Assembly: GCA_965219445.1 (NCBI GenBank)
Contig: CBDCNQ010000005.1
Location: 288,001-352,000, forward strand
DNA length: 64,000 bases
Direction: 5' to 3'
Origin: Longimicrobiales bacterium
GTDB lineage: Bacteria > Gemmatimonadota > Gemmatimonadetes > Longimicrobiales > Gaopeijiaceae
In this document: positions 48,404 through 57,275 of the stretch, one piece after another
Layout: every line of letters starts with the position of its first letter
Numbering within the stretch: the stretch's first letter is position 1
Made by a program: the position numbers and the translations under genes
The notes under the pieces: model-generated
The model's database searches: none
What the model saw: the letters and a program-made list of their open reading frames with translations, nothing else
Told to the model about the DNA's origin: nothing

Positions 48404-49339
48404 TCAGGACCAGATATCGGCATCGGAGAGTTCCACGTCCAAAGCAAGTTCCGCCCTTATCGTAACGTCCGTCTTCATTTCGCCGTCGCTGCGGAAGGGG
48501 AAATAGTTCTTTCCAGAAACAAAGAGTCTGTACTCGCCTTCCGGAAGCCTCACCTCCGCCACGCCGCGCTCGTCTGTGAAGGCTTTGTAGGGGTGAACGA
48601 CGACCTTGGCACCTTTGACGGGGGTTTGACTTTCCATGTCTATGGCGACGACGGTCAAGAGACACTCGGGTGTGGGAACGACTCTCACGCCAAAAGGGGC
48701 GATACATTCGGCGTGAGGGATATCCGGATCGTCCACCAGACCGTGCACCCGAGCCTTGACTTCCCATGTATGAAGCCCCTCCGTGTCAGGGGCGCTCAAG
48801 TCCATCTCCGTATAGTAAAGCGCGGCGGTGCCGGGCCATGGCTCGCCGCTGAGTGTGGCCGTCGCCCGCTTTTTCCCATCCTGGTCGCGGACCTCAACCG
48901 TCCAACCGTCGGGTCGGCACTCGGAGGAGCACTTGACCCCTAGCTTGACGCTGAACTTCTCGCCGCATTCGATGGTCGCCGGCGCGTCCCATACGACGAC
49001 ACGTGTGCTGTGCGGTTTGACGGTGAATGAAAACCGCGCCGACGTTTCCTCACGCGAAATGCCTTCCGTCGCGTACGCCGGGCACACGGCCAGCCAAGTG
49101 TAGGCCCCTGGCCTGACCGGCGCCTTCACCACGAACTCACTCGTCTCGTTGGTCTCACCGTCGAATTCGGTAAGCTCAACGCTCCTTGCCAAAGCGCCGT
49201 CCTGGTCCATGATCAGGAGGGTCTCTCCCCGCAGGTCTCTGGCCGGGGAGCACGCAACCTTGCCCTTCAGAGTCATGTCGGCGCCGGCATCGACCTCACT
49301 GGGCGACGCCTCTACGCTCGGACCCCCACCGGAAATCAA
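48404..49339 (-). CDS. Uncharacterised beta-rich Cys-motif protein (flavoprotein partner 2)
   Basis: CSPARDLRG and KCSSEC; VWDAP; TDERGVA; homolog of 21370-22341. Confidence 0.7.
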   Translation of the reverse strand: MISGGGPSVEASPSEVDAGADMTLKGKVACSPARDLRGETLLIMDQDGALARSVELTEFDGETNETSEFVVKAPVRPGAYTWLAVCPAYATEGISREETSARFSFTVKPHSTRVVVWDAPATIECGEKFSVKLGVKCSSECRPDGWTVEVRDQDGKKRATATLSGEPWPGTAALYYTEMDLSAPDTEGLHTWEVKARVHGLVDDPDIPHAECIAPFGVRVVPTPECLLTVVAIDMESQTPVKGAKVVVHPYKAFTDERGVAEVRLPEGEYRLFVSGKNYFPFRSDGEMKTDVTIRAELALDVELSDADIWS

Positions 49340-49347
49340 CGTGACGA

Positions 49348-51432
49348 CTAGCTGGACGGCTCTTCCACGGCATGCGTGCCGGCGATGTAGCCATGGACGT
49401 GACCCTTGCCCAGGCCATGCTTGTTGAACCCCCCCACGGCCTCGCCTCCTGCATACAGACCGGGAATGACCTGGCCCTGCATGTCCACGACCTGCTGCCG
49501 TCCGTTGACCCGCAGGCCGCCATAGGAATCGTGCCAGATCACCATGATCGAGAGCGCATAGAAGGGCGGCGTCGCGATGCGATTCATGGGGGCATCCGCG
49601 TCGCGCTCGAATTCGGGATCGGCGCCGGCGTCCACGTAGCTGTTCCAGGTGGCCACCGTCTCGGCCAGGTACCTCAGTGGCACCCGCTGGAACTCATGGC
49701 CCGCCTCAATCTTCTCGGCCAAGTCCTCGATGGTATCGGCTTTGAAGAAGTAGCCGTTGTCGGACACATACGGGTAGCGTAGTTCCCATCCCGTACGCTC
49801 GACCGCATCCTGATCGAAGACCGCCCAAAGCGGCCCTGAGTAGTAGTCCGGAGGCTGCGACCCCTCGTTCAGTGCCAGAGCGGCATCGAGGCCGTGGTCA
49901 TAGTTGTACATCTCCCGGACCCACTCCTTCTGGCAATTGCGCCAGTCGAGCGGCGTGTGCGCAAGCCCCTGGCCCGGGGCTGCACCGTCGCCCGGGTACC
50001 GGCTTAAACCAGGCCTGGCGGGAAGACGGACCTCGCTGAAGAAACGCTTCCCAACTTGGTTCACGGCGATGAACTCTTCGAAGCCGGCGTTGCCGACATT
50101 GATCCCAGCCGAGGCGCGGAAACCGAAAGTCGGGTGACCGGGCATCATGGTTGTATACGCATCCCGGGTGCCCAGGCGCGTCGAAATGTGGAACGTCGTT
50201 TGATACGAGACGTTCTGTTGCATCCCTGCCAGGTTGGCGCCAACCCTCAATCCAGCAGTGAGCGCGGTGGCGTCCTGACCATGGGGGCCTTGCAGGGCAA
50301 GGCCGCTTGTCGGGAAGGCCGGTTCCCGCAAGGCGGGGTAGAACATGCTGCGGACCTCAGGATTGCCCGCGTGACCGCCGCTGGCGAGGATGACGGCCTG
50401 GCGGGCCCTGATATTCACCGTCTCCTGCCGCTCATCGATATTGCCGTTCTGCCAATAGCTCTGCAGAAGCTGGCCGGTCTCAGGGTGCTGCCGCGGCGAA
50501 TAGTGGGCCCTGATCCCCAGAACTTTGCCCGTGAAAGGTTGCTCACGTACGAGCTCGTCAAAACGGCGATGAAGCATGAACTCGACGCCCTTCTCCCGGG
50601 CCGAGAACTCCAGCGGCCGGGCGAGGGCTACACCGTTGCCTACGGCGTTGGGTCCGACAGAGCGGCTCGCATCAGTCATTTGCACCGGCGCGAATGAACT
50701 CGTGCGCTCAGGATCGGCGACGCCCGCATCCTCCGCTGTGATAGTTCCCGCCTTCATGTCCGTCTTATTGCCCAGCATGAGGAAGCAGCGCGCCGCCCTT
50801 GCGCGCGACAGGCCTCCGCCGCCATGCGTGCCGCCGACCCGCGCGAACCGGACATAGTTGTCGATCAGGAATTGCCGGGTGGCCGGACAGTTCTCGGCCC
50901 AAGCACGCGCCGGCTCCCGCTCGTTATACCTGTACGGGCTCTGAGCCTTGGGGTCGACGACCGACCAGTCCGTGAGGTCCGTGAACAGGAGGTCGACACT
51001 GTCATCGAGTTCTTCCGGGTCCTCGGCCGGAGCTACCGTGATGAGCCCCTCATGGTCGCTCTCGCCCTTCATATCTCTGAGCTGTACTGGGTCGCCACCG
51101 CCGAGCGACACCAACGACCCGCTGTGCAGCATCCTGCCGCCAAGGTCGAAATTCTGATCGACCACCAGCACACTGGCCCCGAGATCCCTCGCTCGAATGG
51201 CTGCCGTCAGGCCTGCGCACCCGCCTCCCGCGATAACGACATCTGCTTCATAGTCCCACACGGTGTCTTGGGCGCCAGTCGCTGGGACTTGCGCCTGCGC
51301 TTTGTCTGACTCCAACAGAGCGCCCGCACCCAGCCCGGTGGCAACTCCCGTCTTAACGAAATCCCGCCTGTTTAGACCCCTCTCGTTGTTAAGCTTTGGG
51401 TCGTTCCCCGGATTGTCGTCTTTCGTTGCCAT
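49348..51432 (-). CDS. Tat-exported FAD-binding oxidoreductase
   Basis: NRRDFVK; GGGCAG; LASGG; PPFYA; HDSYGGL; GLYAGGE. Confidence 0.88.
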   Translation of the reverse strand: MATKDDNPGNDPKLNNERGLNRRDFVKTGVATGLGAGALLESDKAQAQVPATGAQDTVWDYEADVVIAGGGCAGLTAAIRARDLGASVLVVDQNFDLGGRMLHSGSLVSLGGGDPVQLRDMKGESDHEGLITVAPAEDPEELDDSVDLLFTDLTDWSVVDPKAQSPYRYNEREPARAWAENCPATRQFLIDNYVRFARVGGTHGGGGLSRARAARCFLMLGNKTDMKAGTITAEDAGVADPERTSSFAPVQMTDASRSVGPNAVGNGVALARPLEFSAREKGVEFMLHRRFDELVREQPFTGKVLGIRAHYSPRQHPETGQLLQSYWQNGNIDERQETVNIRARQAVILASGGHAGNPEVRSMFYPALREPAFPTSGLALQGPHGQDATALTAGLRVGANLAGMQQNVSYQTTFHISTRLGTRDAYTTMMPGHPTFGFRASAGINVGNAGFEEFIAVNQVGKRFFSEVRLPARPGLSRYPGDGAAPGQGLAHTPLDWRNCQKEWVREMYNYDHGLDAALALNEGSQPPDYYSGPLWAVFDQDAVERTGWELRYPYVSDNGYFFKADTIEDLAEKIEAGHEFQRVPLRYLAETVATWNSYVDAGADPEFERDADAPMNRIATPPFYALSIMVIWHDSYGGLRVNGRQQVVDMQGQVIPGLYAGGEAVGGFNKHGLGKGHVHGYIAGTHAVEEPSS

Positions 51433-51695
51433 GTCTAGTCCTCCCCCAATGGCTGCCACAGGTAACCGTGCTCGCTGGTCGGTGGCCAAGAGCCACCTGG
51501 CGCTTGGCCACGGTAGCAGGGAAGGCAGTACTCCTGCAAGCGGTCCGCAGCGGCAGCCTCGCTATCGAGGGCACTGCCGACGCTCGGTTCGAACTGGCGA
51601 CCTCCTGAACACTCGCGAACCCTCGACACCGGGACTATGATTGCGAGAGCATCACTCATGCCGTGATTGATCTACTGGACAAGGGAGACAGTGCA

Positions 51696-53765
51696 ATGCG
51701 AAGCCCCCTATGGTTCCTGAATCCTTCCAAGCTCCCATACCTCTTGGCAATGGTGTTCTCGATTGCGCTGGTCAGCTCGATCCCGATCTCCGCCCAGCAG
51801 CCGGGGACACCGTACGGGGAGTGGCACTATCAGAGCGGGGACGCGTCGGGTACGAGGTACTCGCCGCTGAACCAGATCCACGCGGGCAACTTCGAGGACC
51901 TCGAGGCGGCGTGGACTTTCCGTGGGGGCAATTACGGAGAGACGCCGACGCCGCAGTCCCGGTCGACACCAACCTATATCGACGGAATCCTTTACACGGT
52001 GGCGGGCGAGCGGCGCACGGTGGTCGCGATGGATCCGGCGACGGGGGAGATCCTGTGGACCTTCCGCGAGCCGCATACACGGCGGTGGGAGCGGTCGATG
52101 CGGAGGAATTACGGGAAAGGAGTTTCGTACGGGGAGCTGGACGGCCGGGGGGTGATCTACATTCAGACTCCGGCGCTGTTCCTGTGGGCGCTGGACGCGA
52201 AGACGGGGCTTCCCCTGGAGAACTGGGGGACGCCCGTGGATCTTCCGGGCTTCGAGACGGGTGTGATCGACCTCATCCCCGACATCGCGAGAGGGCAGAT
52301 CCCATGGGAGGAGTGGCTGCGGGGAGGGAACACCTTCGATCCCGACCAAGGGACTCCGCGGGAGATCGGATACGTGACGAGCTCGTCGCCCCCGATCTTC
52401 GTGAACGGTGTGGTGGTGGTGGGGAGCAGCGCGGAGCAGGGCTACAACCAGACCCGCGTTGAGAACCTGGCCAACGACATCGTGGCGTACGACGCCCGGT
52501 CGGGCGAGCACCTCTGGAAGTTCCACGTGATCCCGAGGCCGGGGCAGGTGGGCCACGAGACGTGGGAGAACGAGGCTTGGATGTGGACGGGAGACATCTC
52601 CTCCTGGGCACCGATGACGGCGGACCTGGAGCGGGGGATCGTCTACATCCCGACGAACCCTCCCACGATCGATTACTTTGGCGGTTTCCGGCCGGGTTGC
52701 AACCTCTTCTCCATGAGCGTGATCGCCCTGGACGTGCAGACGGGCGAGCGGGTTTGGCACTACCAGACCGTCTGCAACGATCAGTGGAACTACGATCTCC
52801 CGCACCCCCCGATCCTGGCGGATTTGACGGTGGACGGGCGGGAAATCCCGGCGGTGATCCAGATCCCGAAGAACGGGCTCATCTTCACTCTGAACCGGGT
52901 GACGGGGGAGCCGGTTTGGCCGATTGTGGACGTGCCGCAGCCCCAGACGCAGGTTCCGGGGAACTGGACGTCGCCGACGCAGCCGATCCCGACGCGGCCG
53001 GAGCCGTTGGACCTCCTCGCGCGGGACGGGCTGACTGAAGAGCACCTCATCGACTTCACGCCCGAGCTCAAGGAGGAAGCGCTCGAGATCCTGAGCCAGT
53101 ACCGGGTGGGTGGCCCCTACATGCCGCGGCTCCAGATAGACCACGGCCTGGACATCATTGGGGCCATCGGTTGCTCAGGCGGGCTGAACATCACCAATCC
53201 CCCCATCTTCGACCCGACCACGAACGTCATGTACGCATCGCACGGGCCGGCATGCCCTAACAGGGCCAGCGCGTTTCTGAGGCCCGGCTGGGAGTTGGAC
53301 ACCCCCGATGATCCGGCGACGACGGGTGTGACGATCTCGGACTGGGTGAATGGTCCAAGCATGGTCCTGCGGGGGCCGCGGGGGCTACCGATCTTCAAGC
53401 CGCCGTACAACCTGCTGTCCGCCTATGACATGAACGCGGGCGAGCGGCTCTGGTCGGTGCCGATCGGAGAGACAGCGGAGAACGTCAGGAACCACCCGGC
53501 GCTCGAGGGCGTGGATACCTCGGCGTTCGGAGGCGGCGCCAAATCGATCCAGATGGTGATGGGCGACCTTATCCTCACCACTGGGTACGCCCCGGTTCTC
53601 CACGCCCGCGACAAGCGGACGGGCGAGATCCTGGGTGAGGTGGAACTTCCGGTGCGCGGACAGTACGGGATGATGAGCTACATGCACGAAGGGAGGCAGT
53701 ACATCGTCGTGCAGATCGGAGGGGCCGAGTACCCCGGCTCCCTGGTGGCGCTCAGGCTACCGTGA
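51696..53765 (+). CDS. PQQ-dependent dehydrogenase (paralog of 27960-30026)
   Basis: TRYSPLNQ, WKFHVIPRPG, WNYD, KPPY and MMSYMHEGRQY. Confidence 0.9.
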   Translation: MRSPLWFLNPSKLPYLLAMVFSIALVSSIPISAQQPGTPYGEWHYQSGDASGTRYSPLNQIHAGNFEDLEAAWTFRGGNYGETPTPQSRSTPTYIDGILYTVAGERRTVVAMDPATGEILWTFREPHTRRWERSMRRNYGKGVSYGELDGRGVIYIQTPALFLWALDAKTGLPLENWGTPVDLPGFETGVIDLIPDIARGQIPWEEWLRGGNTFDPDQGTPREIGYVTSSSPPIFVNGVVVVGSSAEQGYNQTRVENLANDIVAYDARSGEHLWKFHVIPRPGQVGHETWENEAWMWTGDISSWAPMTADLERGIVYIPTNPPTIDYFGGFRPGCNLFSMSVIALDVQTGERVWHYQTVCNDQWNYDLPHPPILADLTVDGREIPAVIQIPKNGLIFTLNRVTGEPVWPIVDVPQPQTQVPGNWTSPTQPIPTRPEPLDLLARDGLTEEHLIDFTPELKEEALEILSQYRVGGPYMPRLQIDHGLDIIGAIGCSGGLNITNPPIFDPTTNVMYASHGPACPNRASAFLRPGWELDTPDDPATTGVTISDWVNGPSMVLRGPRGLPIFKPPYNLLSAYDMNAGERLWSVPIGETAENVRNHPALEGVDTSAFGGGAKSIQMVMGDLILTTGYAPVLHARDKRTGEILGEVELPVRGQYGMMSYMHEGRQYIVVQIGGAEYPGSLVALRLP

Positions 53766-53892
53766 GCACCGGAAGAGGAGGCTTCGGGCTCCATGGCTTG
53801 GCGTCTCCGTGGAAGGCGTGGTGATCGTCGGGTCGGTCCACAATTAGGAGGACCCGCTCGCGGTTTGCGGGTCCGGGGCGCATGGTGAGCGC

Positions 53893-54111
53893 ATGAGCGA
53901 CCTCGACCCAGTCACGCGTCTGAACGCCGCCCTGGAGGGCCGCTTCGCCTCGGCGGAGGGGTTCGCCGATTCGAACGTCTCCCAACAATTCGACCCCTCA
54001 CCCGACGATCAGCGTCTCCTCGCGATCCGCATCAGTACCGCTGGCACGCAAGTTCGAGACGTCATCATCCAGAACTTCTTCGAGGAGTTGAGGGAAGTGG
54101 TACCGGAGTGA
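53893..54111 (+). pseudogene. Collapsed Ser/Thr kinase (72 aa: N-terminus, end of kinase domain and C-terminus in frame)
   Basis: DPVTRLNAALEGR | FASAEGFA | ...FDPSPDDQR...IIQNFFEELREVVPE. Confidence 0.85.
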
Positions 54112-54159
54112 ACGACGATTCCATCAGCCGCCTGAACGCCGCCCTCTGAACGCCGCACT
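54108..54159 (+). pseudogene. Kinase 5' stub (VNDDSISRLNAAL*) ending in a 14-bp tandem duplication
   Basis: GTG overlaps the previous stop; CTGAACGCCGCCCT followed by CTGAACGCCGCACT. Confidence 0.7.
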
Positions 54160-54871
54160 TCAAGCTTTGGGCCGCCGCCTCAGGGCCTCCAGAGCGTGTG
54201 AATCGCATAACCCAAGTCGAGGGGCTCTCCGTTCCAACGCGGGGTGGTGGTCTCAGGACCCACGTCGATCCCCAGTCTGCCGTGCTTGGACTCCAGGGCG
54301 GCCACCGGGTCGGCGGGGAGGTGCGACGCCGGCGGCGCATCGGGGAAGAGCCGTCCGTCGGGCCAGTAGAAGAGGACATTTCCGCGGGCATCCCCGCCCT
54401 CACCCCTGTCTCTTCCTCCTCCCGGGTCCCGCACGATCTCGACCCTGAACCCCTCTTCGTGCACTGCCCGGTGATGGCGCCGACAGAGCAGGACGAGGTT
54501 GTCGAGCCGGGTCTCTCCGCCATCCGCCCAGTGCTTGATGTGATGCGCGTCACAGAAGCGCAGCCCGCAGCCTGGGAAGCGACAGCCTCCGTCCCTATGG
54601 TCGAGCGCTCTGGGGATGGCGGGGGGTACGGTCCTGGTCTTTCTGCCCACATTGAGCACCGAGCGGTCCGAACCGTGCGTTATGATCACGCGACTCGCGT
54701 CACAAGCGATGCGCCTCGACGTTCCCGCGGGAACGCGTACGCCGTCCTCTAGCATGGCACCGCCCAACGTTGGCGGTGACGACGAGGGCGACTCCGGCGA
54801 CGATATCGGATTCGGACCCTGTCACCCGTTCGCAGGCAGTGGAGCCGTACCAATGACCGACGCCACAGTGG
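54160..54871 (-). mobile_element. Second, internally deleted DUF222-HNH unit (HNH half, 54180-54790) plus the same divergent kinase leader
   Basis: Shares left end TCAAGCTTTGGGCCGCCG with 32575; HNH region near-identical to copy 1; 54803-54871 matches 34530-34601. Confidence 0.7.
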
Positions 54872-54909
54872 CAACGGGAATCGCTAATGAACTGGGATAC
54901 CATCGTTGA
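54853..54909 (+). pseudogene. Kinase 5' stub (MTDATV...NELG...*)
   Basis: Same leader and first 6 residues as the kinase at 34583. Confidence 0.75.
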
Positions 54910-55013
54910 CATCCGGGGGAGCAAATCGAGTATTGAAGAGGGTCATATAGTTCAGCCAATCAACACGCCTCGCCTCGGGGGCGGGTTCGAGAGAGAACCC
55001 GGAGGTGGTAGTC

Positions 55014-55415
55014 ATGTCCCTGTCTCGTATCTTCTCTTCCGTCGTGGTGTGCCTGTCTCTCAGTGCGTGTACGACCGTCTTGGCGGCCCCCTCTTCCGGG
55101 TCCCGCCCCGTTGCCCGCAGTACGGCGAGGGCACTCGGCATTCCGCCGGGTCATCTGCCGCCACCGGGTGAGTGCCGAGTCTGGATTCCAGGGAGGCCCC
55201 CGGGCAGGCAGGCAAGGCCCCGAAGCTGTGATGGCATCATGGCCGTGGCTCCGGGCGGCTCGTGGGTGCTGTACCGCCCCGGACGAAGCCGCAAGGAGGT
55301 TGGCGTCCGCCACATACATTCGGACCGGGCGGGCGTGGTGGTCCAAGTCCGTATCTTCCAAGCGGATACCGGAGAGTTCCTTCGCGAGGAGCGACCCGGA
55401 CGAAGCCACCGCTGA
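55014..55415 (+). CDS. Hypothetical lipoprotein
   Basis: GGAGG RBS; lipobox LSAC; GIPPGHLPPPGECRVW..GRPPG.Q. Confidence 0.7.
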   Translation: MSLSRIFSSVVVCLSLSACTTVLAAPSSGSRPVARSTARALGIPPGHLPPPGECRVWIPGRPPGRQARPRSCDGIMAVAPGGSWVLYRPGRSRKEVGVRHIHSDRAGVVVQVRIFQADTGEFLREERPGRSHR

Positions 55416-55497
55416 CGTAACACGCGGCCTAGTCTCGATACCGAATCAACACCGAATCGCTTAGAAGGCGATTCTGTGGCGTCTGACGGGTTTCTGC

Positions 55498-55665
55498 TTG
55501 CGCCTACCGGCCCACTCTCGGATGTTGAGCGCAGTCTGAACTCGGAGTGCGCTCATGTCCGATCCCGTCGCCCGTCTCAACGCGGCCCTCGAAGGCCGCT
55601 ACGCCATCGAGCGTGAACTTGGCGAGGGCGGCATTCAGAATCCAGTAAGCCTCCCAAGGAGTTAG
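55498..55665 (+). pseudogene. Kinase promoter plus 5' stub (MSDPVARLNAALEGRYAIERELGEGG...*)
   Basis: ATG at 55555 and TAG at 55663-55665, 4 nt before the cupin ATG. Confidence 0.88.
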
Positions 55666-55669
55666 TGAA

Positions 55670-56221
55670 ATGCGCCTCAAGCTTCCAGTTCTCATCGTAA
55701 CGCTCCTCCTCCCCCATCCCGTGGTGACCGAGGCACAGCAGCGTCCCGATGCGGCAACCGATATCTACGCGGAGCAGATCCAGTCCGTGTTGGAGAACAT
55801 GATCGGTGTGACGATCGACCGTCAGCTCAAGGTGGCGGATATCGGGGGCGATGTGAACGTGGCGGTGGGAATCTTGCACCGAACCGGAGAACATGACACC
55901 GACGGGGCTCACAGAGGGCTCATCCACGCCTACATCACCGAGGTCTACATCGTGCTCTCGGGGGGTGGGACCCTGTTGACGGGCGGTGAGCTCTTCAACG
56001 AGGGCGAGTTATCCGAGGGCAGCATAGCCATCGGACCCAGCTTCAATGCGGAGTCGAGAGGCGGAGTCGTACGTGAGATCGAGGAGGGCGACATCGTCAC
56101 CATCCCCGCCGGCTTGATGCACGCTTGGACCTCGATCCCCGACCACGTCACGTACCTGAGCGTGCGGGTCGATCCGGATCAAGTCCTACCGGCGGGTTAC
56201 GTGAATCCAGAGATCAACTAA
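55670..56221 (+). CDS. Secreted cupin-domain protein
   Basis: AAGGAG RBS; H..ITEVY..SGGG; GDIVTIPAG.MH. Confidence 0.8.
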   Translation: MRLKLPVLIVTLLLPHPVVTEAQQRPDAATDIYAEQIQSVLENMIGVTIDRQLKVADIGGDVNVAVGILHRTGEHDTDGAHRGLIHAYITEVYIVLSGGGTLLTGGELFNEGELSEGSIAIGPSFNAESRGGVVREIEEGDIVTIPAGLMHAWTSIPDHVTYLSVRVDPDQVLPAGYVNPEIN

Positions 56222-56249
56222 GATGCCGTTCTAGGATCTGTCCCGTCCA

Positions 56250-57212
56250 TTGAGCTGGATGTTCGGCATGCCGGGCCGGTCCTTTCACGGCCCTTTACCG
56301 GAACTGACCGAGAACGAGATCGAGCTGCGAGGCCGGCTCGAGTCCCATGTCCGGGCTCTCGCGGGCGACATCGGAGAGCGAAACGTGCTGGCGCCGAACG
56401 CTCTGGCAAGGGCGGAGGAGTACATCCGCCGCGCGTTCGATGCATCCGGATACGCTGTAGCCGAGCAGACCTACGACATCCCTCTCGATCCTTCTCAGAC
56501 CGTCCGCAATATCGAGGTGGAGGTCTCCGGGACCGCCACACCCGATGATATTGTGATCGTTGGCGCACACTACGACACGGTGCCCGGTTGTGCCGGTGCC
56601 AACGACAACACGACCGGAGTGGCCGGCGTCCTTGAACTGGCCCGGCTGCTGTCCGCTCGGACCACGGACCGGACAGTCCGGCTCGTGGCCTTCGTGAACG
56701 AAGAACCTCCCTTCTTCCGAACGGACCTGATGGGGAGTCGCGTGTACGCAAGAAGGTGCAGGGAGCGTGACGAGAACGTCGCAGCGATGCTCTCCCTGGA
56801 GACGATCGGCTTCTATGCGGACGAACCGGGAAGCCAGAAATACCCGTTCCCGTTCAGCTTCTTCTATCCGGACACAGGCGACTTCGTCGGGTTCGTCGGG
56901 AACCTGTGGTCACGCAGCCTGACCCGCCGAGCCATTCGCGCGTTCCGTGAGTCGACGGAGTTTCCTTCGGAAGGCCTAGCCGCCCCGGCCTGGATTCCCG
57001 GGATCGGCTGGTCCGACCAGTGGTCCTTCTGGCAGGAGGGATACCCGGGCGTCATGATCACCGATACCGCGCCCTTCCGGTACCCGCACTACCACACGCC
57101 TCAGGACACGCCGGACCGGATCGACTATGACCGATTTGCACGGGTCGTCATGGGCGTCTCCCGCGTCGTGGAGGTCCTCGCCCAAGCGCAGAACGGGGGG
57201 AAGTCGCGCTAG
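56250..57212 (+). CDS. M28 family metallopeptidase (start uncertain)
   Basis: GAHYD, GANDNTTG, NEEPP, SDQ and YHTPQD. Confidence 0.88.
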   Translation: MSWMFGMPGRSFHGPLPELTENEIELRGRLESHVRALAGDIGERNVLAPNALARAEEYIRRAFDASGYAVAEQTYDIPLDPSQTVRNIEVEVSGTATPDDIVIVGAHYDTVPGCAGANDNTTGVAGVLELARLLSARTTDRTVRLVAFVNEEPPFFRTDLMGSRVYARRCRERDENVAAMLSLETIGFYADEPGSQKYPFPFSFFYPDTGDFVGFVGNLWSRSLTRRAIRAFRESTEFPSEGLAAPAWIPGIGWSDQWSFWQEGYPGVMITDTAPFRYPHYHTPQDTPDRIDYDRFARVVMGVSRVVEVLAQAQNGGKSR

Positions 57213-57275
57213 TTTAGCCGGCGATGTGGATCACCACCGTCGATCTTCCCCAATGGATTAATCGAGTTGTCATAG

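Noticed and set aside
51560..51660. Intact tRNA gene
   Set aside because: No acceptor stem or D-arm can be folded; only a short fragment resembles tRNA.
51708..53144. Long antisense ORFs (also 10500-11657, 20265-21398, 22500-23678, 60188-61333)
   Set aside because: Shadow frames of well-supported genes in high-GC DNA, with no recognisable motifs.
26198..55665. Classical integron (attC cassettes) or diversity-generating retroelement
   Set aside because: No integrase or reverse transcriptase, no attC-like structures found, and differences between repeats are not adenine-specific.
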